This document shows positions 13,225 to 25,300 of a stretch of 62,577 bases of DNA, piece after piece. Every line of letters begins with the position of its first letter. The stretch's first letter is position 1. The notes beneath the pieces were generated by a model that saw nothing but the letters and a program-made list of their open reading frames with translations, ran no database searches and had not been told where the DNA came from. Origin of the DNA: Lenisia limosa. Taxonomy: Eukaryota; Protista; Breviatea. A program made the translations under genes and the position numbers. Location of the stretch: assembly GCA_001655205.1 (NCBI GenBank), contig LPNZ01006074.1:1-62577 (forward strand). The letters run 5' to 3'.

Positions 13225-13424
13225 TTTGATTGAAAAGAAGGGATTTTAGAGGGAAAAAAATCAAATAAAAAGAAACAAATTCACGGATATATCCGAGTAT
13301 TATTCTCCTTTTCTTTCCCCTCGGTAGCTCTTAGCGCCCTCTTAGCCCTCTTATCATCTAATAATAACAACAAAAATTGTTATAAAGTATAGAGCCAAAA
13401 AGGGACAGAAAATCCGAAAGGGCA

Positions 13425-16340
13425 ATGGTTACCAAAAAAAAATCAGCTTGTGTTGTAGTCCTTGGTGACTATGGCAGGTCTCCACGAATGCAGTATCACA
13501 CTATGTCTCTTGTTGACCAACTCAACTATCATGTGGATATTGTTGCGTATAAAGGTGATATTTTTGGTAAAAAAAATCGAGGTCTTACTCTTCAAGGTTC
13601 AGCACCAAGACATGAAATACTGACCTCAGAATCTGTCACAATCCACTCCATCACTGTGAGAAGGAAAAGGCAGATTACACTGCCAGCATCACCTTCTTAT
13701 TCACAATTCAGCCTTTAGTGCTTCCACCCTCACTTCATCGTATAGTCTATCTCATGTCTGCACCGATTAAAGCTCTTTTTATGGTTTGTTGCCTTTTCAT
13801 TTATCGAACGTTATTTCTGATTCACATATATTTTAGTTTTTGCAACTCATGTGGGTACTCGTTTTCGTTGTTCCCAAGCCAGCCGTCTTTTTAGTGCAGG
13901 TGAGTTTAGAGAACAATGTTTCTTTTGTTCAATTTCTTGTTATTCTTTTCTGCTACTTTTTTTTTATAAGGTTAACCAGGTTCCTTTCTTTTTTTTTTTA
14001 TTATTATTATTTTTTTATCTAAATTCAATAAGAAAATGTTACTCAGTTTCACTCCTCTTAGAACCCACCATCCATCCCTGCAATTTTTTGCATTTGGATC
14101 GCCAGTCGCCTCAGAGGGTCAACTTCTGTCATTGATTGGCACAACTTTGGGTACACAATTCTGAGCCTTAGACTCCCTTCCAATTCCCTTGTTGTGAGAA
14201 TTGCGAAACTGTGAGCATCTTTTCGGGGAGTAATTTTGGGAGGGGATTGATTATTTGAGTGATTATCATTTTATATCCATATAGGTACGAACGGTTGACT
14301 GGGCAGATCTGTGATCGCCATCTTTGCGTCACACATGCAATGGCAGACTGGCTGAATGACAATTGGAACATTGAGTTTGAGGACTAATAATGGAGATTGT
14401 GCCAAAAACGGTCATTTAACTTAGTGTAGCGGTAATTAGTTTTTTTAATAATACTTGCACCAAGTTTTGAGAACGTACGATTTTTTCTCTCGCATAACTT
14501 CTAATTATTCAGATGATATCTCTAATATACAATTGTCACAATATAGAGCGTCAGTAGTTCATGATCGCCCTCCTTTATTCTTCCGAAAATTGGATCCTCA
14601 AGACAGAACACAGGTTTGAGATACCATTGTTTCACAGACAAGTTTTTAGCGAAGCTCTGTAGCCAAATCGACACCTGTCACCCCATCCTCCAAACGATGA
14701 AAGACGTTTCACCAAGTGCGCTTAAAGATTGTTAATTGGGTGGTACTTGTTTAGATGTTTTTCTGGGTAATTGCTGCTTTGATCATTATTTTCAGGGTCT
14801 GCTGAATTTCCAAAGTTGGTAATTTCGTCAACATCTTGGACACCTGATGAGGTTTGTGTTGGTGGATATGGGGATATTCCATTTGCTGAATTAGGATACT
14901 AAGTAATGTTCAACTTAAACATTCAGGACTTTGGACTTCTGTATGACGCGGTTGTATCTTATGACAAGAAAGCTTCAGAAGACCAATCGCTCAAAAAGCT
15001 TGTTGTGTTCGTGACTGGTGTGTGTGGTTTTTGAATGGAATGAGTACTGCAAGTTTGTGCACAATCATTGTATTCAATCACATACCCTTGGGAAATTGGG
15101 TGACACGTCATCGGAATGTCATATAGTATATGATGAATATGATACCACGGTGTCATACAATATGATATGCATAGGTGTGATATTTCACGTAGTATAATAA
15201 ATTAAGTACTATTTTTCTGACCATCTTCTCTATGATATTGAGAAACATTGAAAAAGAACCCAGATTTTATATATTCTAACAAGAAACAAGGTCTTCTCAT
15301 AATAATGTGACCAGGAAAGCAAAATAGACCCGGGAACCAGTCATAACCACATTATAAAGGAGGTCTTCCAGTTGAAGAAGCCATTTTCATTATTTAGGAA
15401 AAGGTCCTCTTAAAACGCATTACGAAGAGCTTTTCGCTTCAAAGCCGCTGCAAAACGTTGTCTGTGTAACTCTATGGCTTGAAATCGAAGATTACCCACT
15501 TATTTTAGGTTTGTGTGAAATATTTGAAAGAACATGGTAATTGTTTTTATCATCATAGGATCATGTGATCTTGGTGTTTCCCTCCATGCCTCTTCGAGTG
15601 GATTGGATTTACCAATGAAAGTTTGTTGGGATACTGCATCTTCACATAGCAGTTAAAGATTTTTTTATTATTTGACCCTGATAATAGTTCTTATATTATA
15701 ATAGTTCACTGTATCAGTCTGCACTTCTTTTCATTCCCTCCATCCATTTATGTTGCAGGTTGTGGATATGTTCGGTGCGGGGCTTCCTGTCTGTGCCCTT
15801 CAGTTCATGTGGTATGCTGGGTTGGCAGTTACAGGTATGGGCATTACGGGAGTTATCTTGTTCCCCTAGTTGGTAAAATCCTTCATTAACAGAAATGAGG
15901 AATTTAAAGTGTCCGTTCACGCCATTGTGTTATAAAAGATGATGATATTTTAATGCACTCGGCCATATGTTAGAGTTCAACGTGTTTAGTCTTGATGAAC
16001 TGGTGAAGCATGGTGAGAACGGACTCACATTCTCAAGTTCCGATGAACTCTCTTCTCAGCTCCAGGTATGGAACCAAGGATTAGTCAAATGTTAGGCGAA
16101 CATAGTTAGGTAAAATATGGCTCATAAATGGTTTGGCATGAAATGTCGTTACATTTCGATAGTTATGCTTCCGAGCAATATTTACAAATCAGAGCTTATT
16201 TGGAGAGAGTGATGAAACCCTTTCACGTCTGGCTGAAGGAGTCAAAGATTTTCAGGTAAGAATATCTCTCTGATTAACCTGTCTAGTCCATTCGATGGGA
16301 CGATGAGTGGAACGCCCACGCAAAGCCGTTGTTTTTTTAG
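13425..16340 (+). CDS. ALG1: Chitobiosyldiphosphodolichol beta-mannosyltransferase
   Basis: [93 protein letters not shown] and C-terminal RWDDEWNAHAKPLFF*. TAG at 16338-16340. Confidence 0.92.
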
Positions 16341-16781
16341 ATTATTTATTTCATTTTGATATCAGATTATATATCATCGATATGGGATCCCAAACTGAGG
16401 TACATACCATAAACATGCATTGAAACGGAGAAAAATAGCAGAAAATGCTGTAAGTCACTTGGGTTAAAGTAGGTCCCTTGATTTTCATGTGGAGATTCAG
16501 TGGTCACTTAAGCCTACCCACTTTGTCAAGTACACATTTTGGGGGTTTTACTCGGCAAGCTAATAAGTCAGTGGTTGATGTCAAAGTCCTTCATTTCACG
16601 ACAAAAAGAATGGTACTAGTCTGAGAGACTAAGAACATAATGGCAATCTTCGAAACCGTGTTGATATGTTATGTACTATGACACTTATACCTCTCCAATA
16701 GTCTCGAATCACTTGATGAGAGTAAACGTTATCGTCATCCTCCCAGGTATCGTCCCTGACTAATGAACTTTTCAAAAAAAA

Positions 16782-18000
16782 GGGGGGGGGGGAGTGAAAC
16801 GAAGGAAATTTCGATGAAGAATTTTGGCGTAAAAGTACAAATCACGAACCGAATAATCTGAAACTCCAAACAAACAACATGAGCAACCAACGCTAAAACT
16901 CGACAAAAGCCAGATGACAAAAACACAAAAACAAAAACAAGCCCGAGCCAGCCTTTGAAGAGTCCCAACCGCTCGATCACCCAAACGTACCTGTAGGCGT
17001 TAAGTAAGGGAATGTTAAAAAATCCGACTTATTAACAACGCTTAGAGCCGTCCCAAGCATACGACCCCGAAGGGGATCAAAGCTGGACCAGACTGGAGAA
17101 AAGTATCTCTACAGGTACGAACAATATGGTGTCAAGCAAACTGTGACTATTCTAAACCATACTGNNNNNNNNNNAATGGTACAAAAAATGGGTTGGCTGG
17201 GCAAATACAAAGCACAAAATAAAACAAAACAAACACAACAAAGGGGCACAAGTCAAAGGTTATTAAGCTGAGGGGAATAAAAGCACTAAGTTAATCTTTG
17301 AACCTAGACATTGTGACAGACTTGGCGCATAAGGCGGCCGCGTCTGGGGATAACGAATCGCAAGGACACGTTGACGCCTGTGTCCATTAGCAATTAACTT
17401 TTTTAAGAGTAATACAGCAGCCTGAAGGCGGTAATTGACAAAGCCTAGCATATCGAGTCAGTTGGCCAATAATAATTCCTTTCAAGATGTGTTTAGGTAT
17501 AGTTGAAGAGGAATGAGGATATTGGAAGACTTCCAAAGGAAAGTCCCTGCTTTTGTCAAATATTGAAAGGAACAACTTTCTCCTTTGAACAGAGATATGA
17601 ATACCTAAGTAGTTGCATACTCCAGGGGCGACAGTAGTGTTTTCCAAACGGAGCGAGTCCGGATAGATCACACGCCCATCATCCCTCAGGAGAGTTAGTA
17701 AGCAGAGTTATCAAATCGTCGTGAGGGTCTACAACGAGGAGATCATCAATGAACCGAAATGCGTTGTGAAAAGAAGAGATTAACGGCGATTCAGGCGGAA
17801 GTGATTCAATAAAGTCCCGTTCAAAAGAATAAAGGCAAATGTTAGCCAGCAGAGGAGCTGCGTTGGTTCCCATTGGAATGCCAATTTTCTGACGAAACAC
17901 AAGAGACCCGTTTTGGACCACAGTATTTAGAACCACAAACTTCAACAACCTAAAATCTGATCACGTGTGTGAGCTAATTTTGAAACCTTTGTAACGGGAG
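16782..18000 (-). mobile_element. Degenerate, 5'-truncated Penelope-like retroelement (RT C-terminal half/thumb plus 3' flank)
   Basis: Intronless RT motifs RQKIGIPMGTNAAPLLANICLYSFE, FRFIDDLLVV, IYPDSLRLE, CNYLGIHI, IFDKSRDFPLEVFQYPHSSSTIP..GIIIGQLTRYARLC and LLKKLIANGH are spread over three reading frames (ORFs 17679-17948, 17387-17671, 17263-17451), which implies frameshifts. No endonuclease seen. The element limits are approximate. Confidence 0.85.
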
Positions 18001-18178
18001 AGAACTATTTTTTCACTGAATGTCAATGAAAGAAACGATTAAAATATGATATTATTGATTGTGGACGGCTTCGGCCAGTTAAAATCTTGTTTTTTTTCTC
18101 AATTCCATGATCAGAATTTGACTTTTCTTTTGCAATTTCAGCTATTCTGATTAGGCCAGCAAAAAACAAAAAGACCCG

Positions 18179-18250
18179 CCCAGTAAAAAGACCCACATTT
18201 CAGCATAGCCGAGCCAGTAAAAAGACCCACATTTCAGCATAGCCGAGCCA
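18179..18250. repeat. 34-bp tandem duplication (2 copies)
   Basis: ccagtaaaaagacccacatttcagcatagccgag occurs twice in tandem. Confidence 0.85.
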
Positions 18251-19398
18251 GCGAACGCGGTATTGTAGCCGCCTGCCAACAATCCGATGCGAAACCAGCC
18301 GCTCTACCATAAACAAATCTTGCTCCTCCTGTACAGTAAGCGTCATTTGCAACTCTTAATACTGTTTCTCATATTTACAAGCATATGGAAAACTCCCTGT
18401 CCAGATAAAATGCACACCAAGGGAATCTCTATCATCAACTGAAGAACACAAGAAGTACCCACCAGACAAGACAGTATATTGAAGAGCATGAAAAGGATAA
18501 CAGTAAATGCTAGTAACGTTCAGTGATAGGAGCAGTAAAAAGGGAGTAGTAAAATACAAAAGTACAATAGTGGAAAGAATATCTTCAACATTAGTTCAAC
18601 AATCAGTTTTAACCATCTCACAAAAAAAAAACAGGAACAAATGGTAACTTGATAACAGTTTTTATAGTTGGCAACAGAAAATGAATGGAGTGTCACAAAT
18701 CTCCCCAAATAAATGTATTTTAGTAATATGATAACGAATTACTGTGAAATAGCTTACATAAGGCACAGCGGGGTCAAAAACTTCCTCGTTTTGTGATGCT
18801 ATGGCGACCTTCGAGCACTTTGTCGTATATAAGGTTATATTAGCAACCTTTTTTAATGGTACATTCGCCATTTGCCTTTATTTCTTTATTTCTTCTCCAA
18901 TTTTTTTTTTACATTTTAAAAAAACTATCTGGGTTATATAAATTGAACACCTTCCTCCTGTCCCTCTTTTTTTGTTTTTTGACCCCTTTACTCAATGCTA
19001 GTTACTAACTATACGCTAGTAATTGTAATCAAGTGATAAGGTCGAAAAGTAATTCTAATCATGTGGCCTCTCTGTTTTTTCCAACTATGACTCTTTGGTT
19101 CAGTGGCTGCTTGAGCAATTCGGAGCGTTAACACCTGTATAACACAACAAGCAATTACTGGGCTGAATTGAAAATGAAACAGCTGCGACTTTTCTTCTTT
19201 ACTTGGAAGCCCTCAAATTCAATCTGAATTGTTGAGCCTTGTATTTGACGAATAGTCTTAAGGTGGGGGGGGGGGGNNNNNNNNNNNNNNNNNNNNNNNN
19301 NNNNNNNNNNNNNNNNNNNNNNNNNNNNNNNNNNNNNNNNNNNNNNNNNNNNNNNNNNNNNNNNNNNNNNNNNNNNNNNNNTATTCTAAATTTGTGAG

Positions 19399-22300
19399 AT
19401 GAATATTATCTTGCTACTTTCGTTTCTCTCTGAAACCCGAATGGAATATCGGCATCGGTTTCGACTATTGGTTGGCTTTCCAACATTTCTTTCTCAAAAA
19501 TTTCTACAGCTTGTTGAAAATAAAGGAGGCACTTTGCCTGTGCCGTGGACGATGTCAGCCATCCCGCCTTATCCCAACAACACGGATGTGTCGTCGACGT
19601 CAGCCGAGTCCTTCAACTCCTTCCATGAACGATACTTCAAGGGCAGGACTGAGGAGTTTGACCCTTCATTGGAGTACTTCGAGGTTTGTGGTTGATGAAC
19701 ATTGTGACAAGGAAAAATGACCCCCCCCCCCCCCCCNNNNNNNNNNNNNNNNNNNNNNNNNNNNNNNNNNNNNNNNNNNNNNNNNNNNNNNNNNNNNNNN
19801 NNNAATTTTGGGAGGGACAGTTTCAGTCTAAGTGAACGTAATGCAATTAGTCGACTCTTACCATCGTGTACCCCGCTCTGCTCTTTCTTGTTGCCTCAAT
19901 TCTGTTTTCCATTATGTTTTGGATGATTCGGTGCTGCTGTAACGGCTGTGGCGGACGAATGGGCCGCGCTAAAGGTGAGTAAGAATTTTGATAGGATGAA
20001 TCAATTTTTACATGATAGCCATGGTTATATACATTTTTCGGTTTTTCTTTGAACATAAAAGGGACAAAGAAGAAGAATGTTGTCTCATAATTTAGGATAC
20101 AGCAGGGCTGAGCGATGGTGGCCTCGAGTTCTCATTATTCTGCTCATCCTTCCAATCATTTTCGCTTTTGGCCTAAGTCTAAACGTAGGGTTACTGGTCT
20201 TCATACTCAAATGTAACCTGGACAATTTACACCGTAGAAATCCATAAATCTCAATGACCTTGTTGGAACATTTATGACAGCTATTGCGGATGAAGTGGCC
20301 GACATGTCAGGAAAAATCGCGGCTGTGCATCGCAAAATGATCGGTCTGAGGTCTTGGTCAATATACCGTATCAGAATTAACGGTCATATATTCGTTGCAT
20401 TTCTCAATTTGGTAGTTGTGACAATTTCAACAGGAGACATCCTTATAATTCCCAAATGACATGTCTAGAATTGGACCCGCCGTTGGACTCGTTGGAAGAC
20501 TTTAACGGTAATATTGAGGACATTTTGCAAAGCCTCTCAACTCAGGTTGGTAATGTGAATGGTCATTCTTTCTAATTCGCAGATGGCCGATATTACAGAA
20601 AACGCTCGTGGTGCTCAGGACATGATTTTGGGCATTATGACTTACAGATGGACTGGCGTCTTTGTAACTTGTATGTGGAAAGTTGATGCTAATCAGATTT
20701 GTTACATGTTCATACTTCACTAATTTCGCATTTTGTGACTTATTTTCCCTCCGTAGACAACCTTGCAATCGTGGTGGTTGCAATGGCTGGTGCTGGAGTG
20801 TTCTTCACAACAAGACGGGCCGTGCTCTATGCAGGATTCTGTGGCTTTGTGGTGGCGCCATTAATCATCTTGGTCTTTACTCTGCATCTCACTGCAGCCA
20901 CTATTACGGATGACTTCTGTTTTGGGTTGGTTTTCACATTCCTGTTTCGGATGTAGCCTTTTTTTCAAACAGCAAAATTAAGTACATATTATCCATACAA
21001 ACCTTATTATAATGTCAACTTCTAATGATCAAGACTGGACTCGTTCCTCAATGAAGATCTGCCGTCCAATGCTGGAATTGACTTTCTCCTTCATTGTCTC
21101 AGCGGAAATGTGTGCTCCTGAGTTGAAATATAATGAATTTTCTCTATTTTTGCGTTTAGAAGTCAATTTAGTGACGTTTTAGGAATTGGATTTTGCCTAT
21201 ATTGTTGCCGTTTCTGGGATGAACGAGGAGGTGAGTCACATAACGATGAGTACTGAATGAATTGAGAAAAACAACCCTTCTCATTACTAGATTGACAATT
21301 TAAACAAAATCATTGTTGATGAGCTGAATGACGCACTTCCCATTACGGTGCCGCACGTAACTCACGAAGTTCAGCAGGAAGAACTGGAGTGGATCCAAAA
21401 TGGTGGGTCTTCCCGGGGCAATTAGATGACATCATGGGAATACAAATGATAAGAGGATATTAATTATATTCAATCAATGTAGTAGTGTCACATCAGCCAA
21501 TAGAATACAGTATAAATAATCCTGTTTAGAATTATTTGTTTCGACTTATCTCTCATTAATCTTCCCCAGTTGTCAACACTGCAGTTACTATCGCATCAAC
21601 TGTAGATCCGGTATGAGAACAAAATATCATCATATATCATATTATATGCCATTTTAATGGTTATCCGGCGTTTATCATTTCTCAGACCATATTCACTCCT
21701 CAGATTGCAGACCAAGAAGTTTTTCAGGAATTAGTCCGCATTCAACAAGCAATTAACGTATGCAGTATTCTTGATGTAATGTTTTGATTGTTTCAGGACT
21801 ACATGGATCTTCTTGCCAGTATATTGGAAATGATTGATTGCGGAAATGTTCGCGATCTTATGGAAACGTTGCAGGTTTGATGGCTTCACTTTTTTTCCAA
21901 ATACACTCGACATAAGCCTTGTGGAAAATATCTGAAGCAGTCTCCCATTTGATATCATTAGCAACTTCTCTGCGAAGAGACATTACCTGCAATTGTGGAC
22001 ATCGCTATAAGTCGGCTGTTTTCTAATTGAAATTCCAGTTTTATGTTATTAGTGAACTGCTTACGATTTTTTTTTTATCTTTTATCTACAAATGTGTTAT
22101 ATCAGCAAATATTATAATGTAGATATGATAAATTTCTCTATTATACCATTATACTAAGTGCATGTGATTGCTTCGTACGTGGTGATCTCATCCGACGGAA
22201 GCAAAACTCATCAAGCAGGTGAAGCAATAGCAGGTTCAATGCTCGTCTTACTTACTGCAATTTGTGTGATTGGATACAAACGAATCCATGCAGTCTATCG

Positions 22301-25300
22301 GGTTGGTTTCTATCAGTTCTTCTAACGGTGCAGCCATTTGAGTGTCACAAATGCAAACGATTCTTCAGATTTCCCGGGGCTTACGGGATTCACCTCAAGC
22401 TCCACAGAAAATTACCACCAAATTCCAAAATTCTTATTTCAAATTCTGACCCCCAATGGAACGCAAAGGTGTACAATTGCTTCGGTAAGGGGGCACCTTA
22501 GGGTTTTGATTAATTATCAACCTTTGGATGTTTTTAACCAACTTCTATTATTTTTACATTTCAGGGGTTAGGCGAATGCCATGGGTAGCGGAAGGGCCTT
22601 TGATATTCCGATTGGCCCTGGTTGACCAGTTGATTATTGTATGCTCTTGCCTATATCGAATACTAGTCATTATGAATGCCCTCAAAAAATGTTACTGTGG
22701 TTTTCTCTGTGTAACAAACCTATCTTTCGAAAAACCACATCACTCACATTTAAGGCCTTAGTGGTTCTTTTCCTCAGTAGTCGCGTGATACCGCTGGAGT
22801 TCCGAATTTTCCTCATAGTATTCACCCTCTTCGGCCTACTAAGGTATTGTTGAACAACTGACTGCGCAAGTATTTTGACAACATTGCCAAAACAATTCGC
22901 GCCCCTTTTATTTTCTTCTGTTCCCGGTGCTTATGAAGGCTTACTTTTTAGTCTCTACCGGGGCCGCACGCTGCGATCCAGTCGATGGGCCATGTTTTTC
23001 CTTTTCTTGGTCATGGAGACTCTGATACTCACACTCACTGTGGGTTTGGCATATCTCATTTGTTCCATTTCTCTGGACTGATTCGGTATTTTGAATTCAA
23101 AGTAGATTTAATTTGATGTGATGATACAAATGCTGCTTGTAGATCATCTTTCAGGATCATATCATACTGTACTGACTTTCCTTAGACTATGTCATTCTAT
23201 TCGGATATCAAATCCCATCCGTGCCGTACATCGGGAGTCGAGATCGATACCGGATCAAATAGTAGGCCCATCGTACTGATCAAATAGTAGGCCCATGCTG
23301 TCATCTAGTTTGCCTTATAACTCTTACCTGTATTCTTAGAATCCTTGAGTAGTTTCACGTTTACCCCCAATCTTTAGCACCCGAATGCTCTTTCAATGAG
23401 AAAGCGGAGTGGACCTCTGATTTAGTTATTGGAGTGCTGTTCCTCATCCTCGGGTGTAAGTGGGGCTGTTTGAATGCTGTACGACAATAGGAATGGCATT
23501 TCAGTTCCAATCTGTTCGTGTGCTATATGTTTTTGACCCTTCAGTGATAGTCTGCGTCTCTGGATGGATGTACTACACGCGAGTTGATGTTATTGGTATG
23601 CATTTGATTCGTATAGGAAAATACAGTGTTACCACCTCCATATTCCATATGATATATATTGATTATATCATATACTATATTGGATTATGATATGCTTGAA
23701 CTCTGTGCATTTGTATTTTTCGCTTTATCAGATTCTAATCCGAACACAGAGGAGTCCTTAGGGGCTCTAGACATTTTGGACACTTTTCTCTGCAGAAGAC
23801 CAAATTACTTCAACTGGCTTCCAAGTGAGACAAGGGATAAGCTGCACGGTTGTTGGAAGGAAAGTTATAATGTTTCTCTTTGCTTGTTCTGCTTTCTATA
23901 TATTTGTCTGGAATATCGTACATCATACTCTAGTTTATCAACGTTGCATAATAGGGTATGATACCATTAAACTTGCTTCCGATATGCTTAATTACTGTCA
24001 AGTTCCCTCCCCTCAGAAGCCGGCAAGTTTCTACTTCTCTGAAGGTCACACTCACCAGGAGCACTTCTACAGCTACCTTGCGTTGGCATCCAAAGCTCGA
24101 GAAAACAGAACTGCTAGGGAGTCATCTGACCCTCATCAGTAAGCAACTACACCTGACTCTTAATGAATTCTATATATTATATGATGTTGCTTTACTCGAT
24201 TTCTGGCGCATATTCAAAGTTACCTTTTAGTGTGACCTTGAAGATGCCAAATGACAGCATAATCAGTAAGAGGAGAATGCTGTTTTCAGCCGTTTCAGTA
24301 GTTTTCCTTACCTTTTAGTTGAGATGGATGAAGTTGACAGTCAAATTTCCTTGTCGCCGTCATTGAGCCCCAAATTGCCGCGCTCGCCTCTCAGCAGGCC
24401 GCCATTATACGGTGAATCCCAGCCGTCTTCAAGTGACGCGTTGGTCCGAACTGACTCAGCCAAGTTAGCGTGGTGGATACTGCTTTATGGGGCTCGTCTG
24501 GGCTTTATGGGCTCGTCTGGGGGTCTTATGAAGTGATAACATTGACACAATCGACAACTGTATATGTTACAGCATTATCACAGGATTTACTCCACCCAGC
24601 AGTTGGCACCACAGCGGTTCCTTCGGTCTCAACGAAAGCGGGCAATCTCGCGATCTGACTGTTATTGACAGCATGCCCCCTCCAGGTAAGTGTTGCAGAG
24701 CTCTCAGTTTGCTTTAAGAATGATCTTTGGGACAATCAGACAACCTAGGAATAAAACAACTAGGTAGATGTCACCCTTACTATTTTGTGTTTATTTGGTT
24801 CAGTATCGCCCCGGATACGCAAGTTGCCTCCCCTCAAGATCAATAGTAAGTACGGCTACTACATCAACCCTTTCATGTTTTAGGTGTCGAATTCTTCATT
24901 TCCACTCACCTTCTAGCTAAGTCCCCGAAGCCTCCCCTCATATCCAGTCCTCGTACACCAATTTTGTGAGCTGGTAATATTAGTCTTGATTAAATGGGAT
25001 GGGATGATGTTCTTGTCAATTTATTTCTTGAGTTATGTCCAATTTCAGAAGAGTTTTATTTGCTTATGTTCCAGTCGAGACCTCCCAGAACCGCCTTCAA
25101 TGCGAGGAAGGGTGGGCTGAAATGATTTTTTCACAATAATAAGGTTCATATAAGGAACTATTAGGGAAGCATAAGACGAGAACTGAATGTTTCGCTGCGC
25201 TCAGATGTGTCATTTATGATTTTCTGATATTGATAAAGAATGCCATTTCTGATATTGTCCAGGTTCCGTCTCTGCAGTTATCTCGAAAGCCGAACTGGGA

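Noticed and set aside
15100-15200. Recurrent (ATATC/TATGA)n-like AT-rich intron stretches (also about 23640, 25850, 32150, 49900, 57850)
   Set aside because: Low-complexity sequence without alignable unique cores; no evidence for a discrete element.
17679-17681. In-frame TGA in the Penelope-like RT as possible selenocysteine or readthrough
   Set aside because: The RT homology continues in a different frame, so this is a frameshift rather than a recoded stop.
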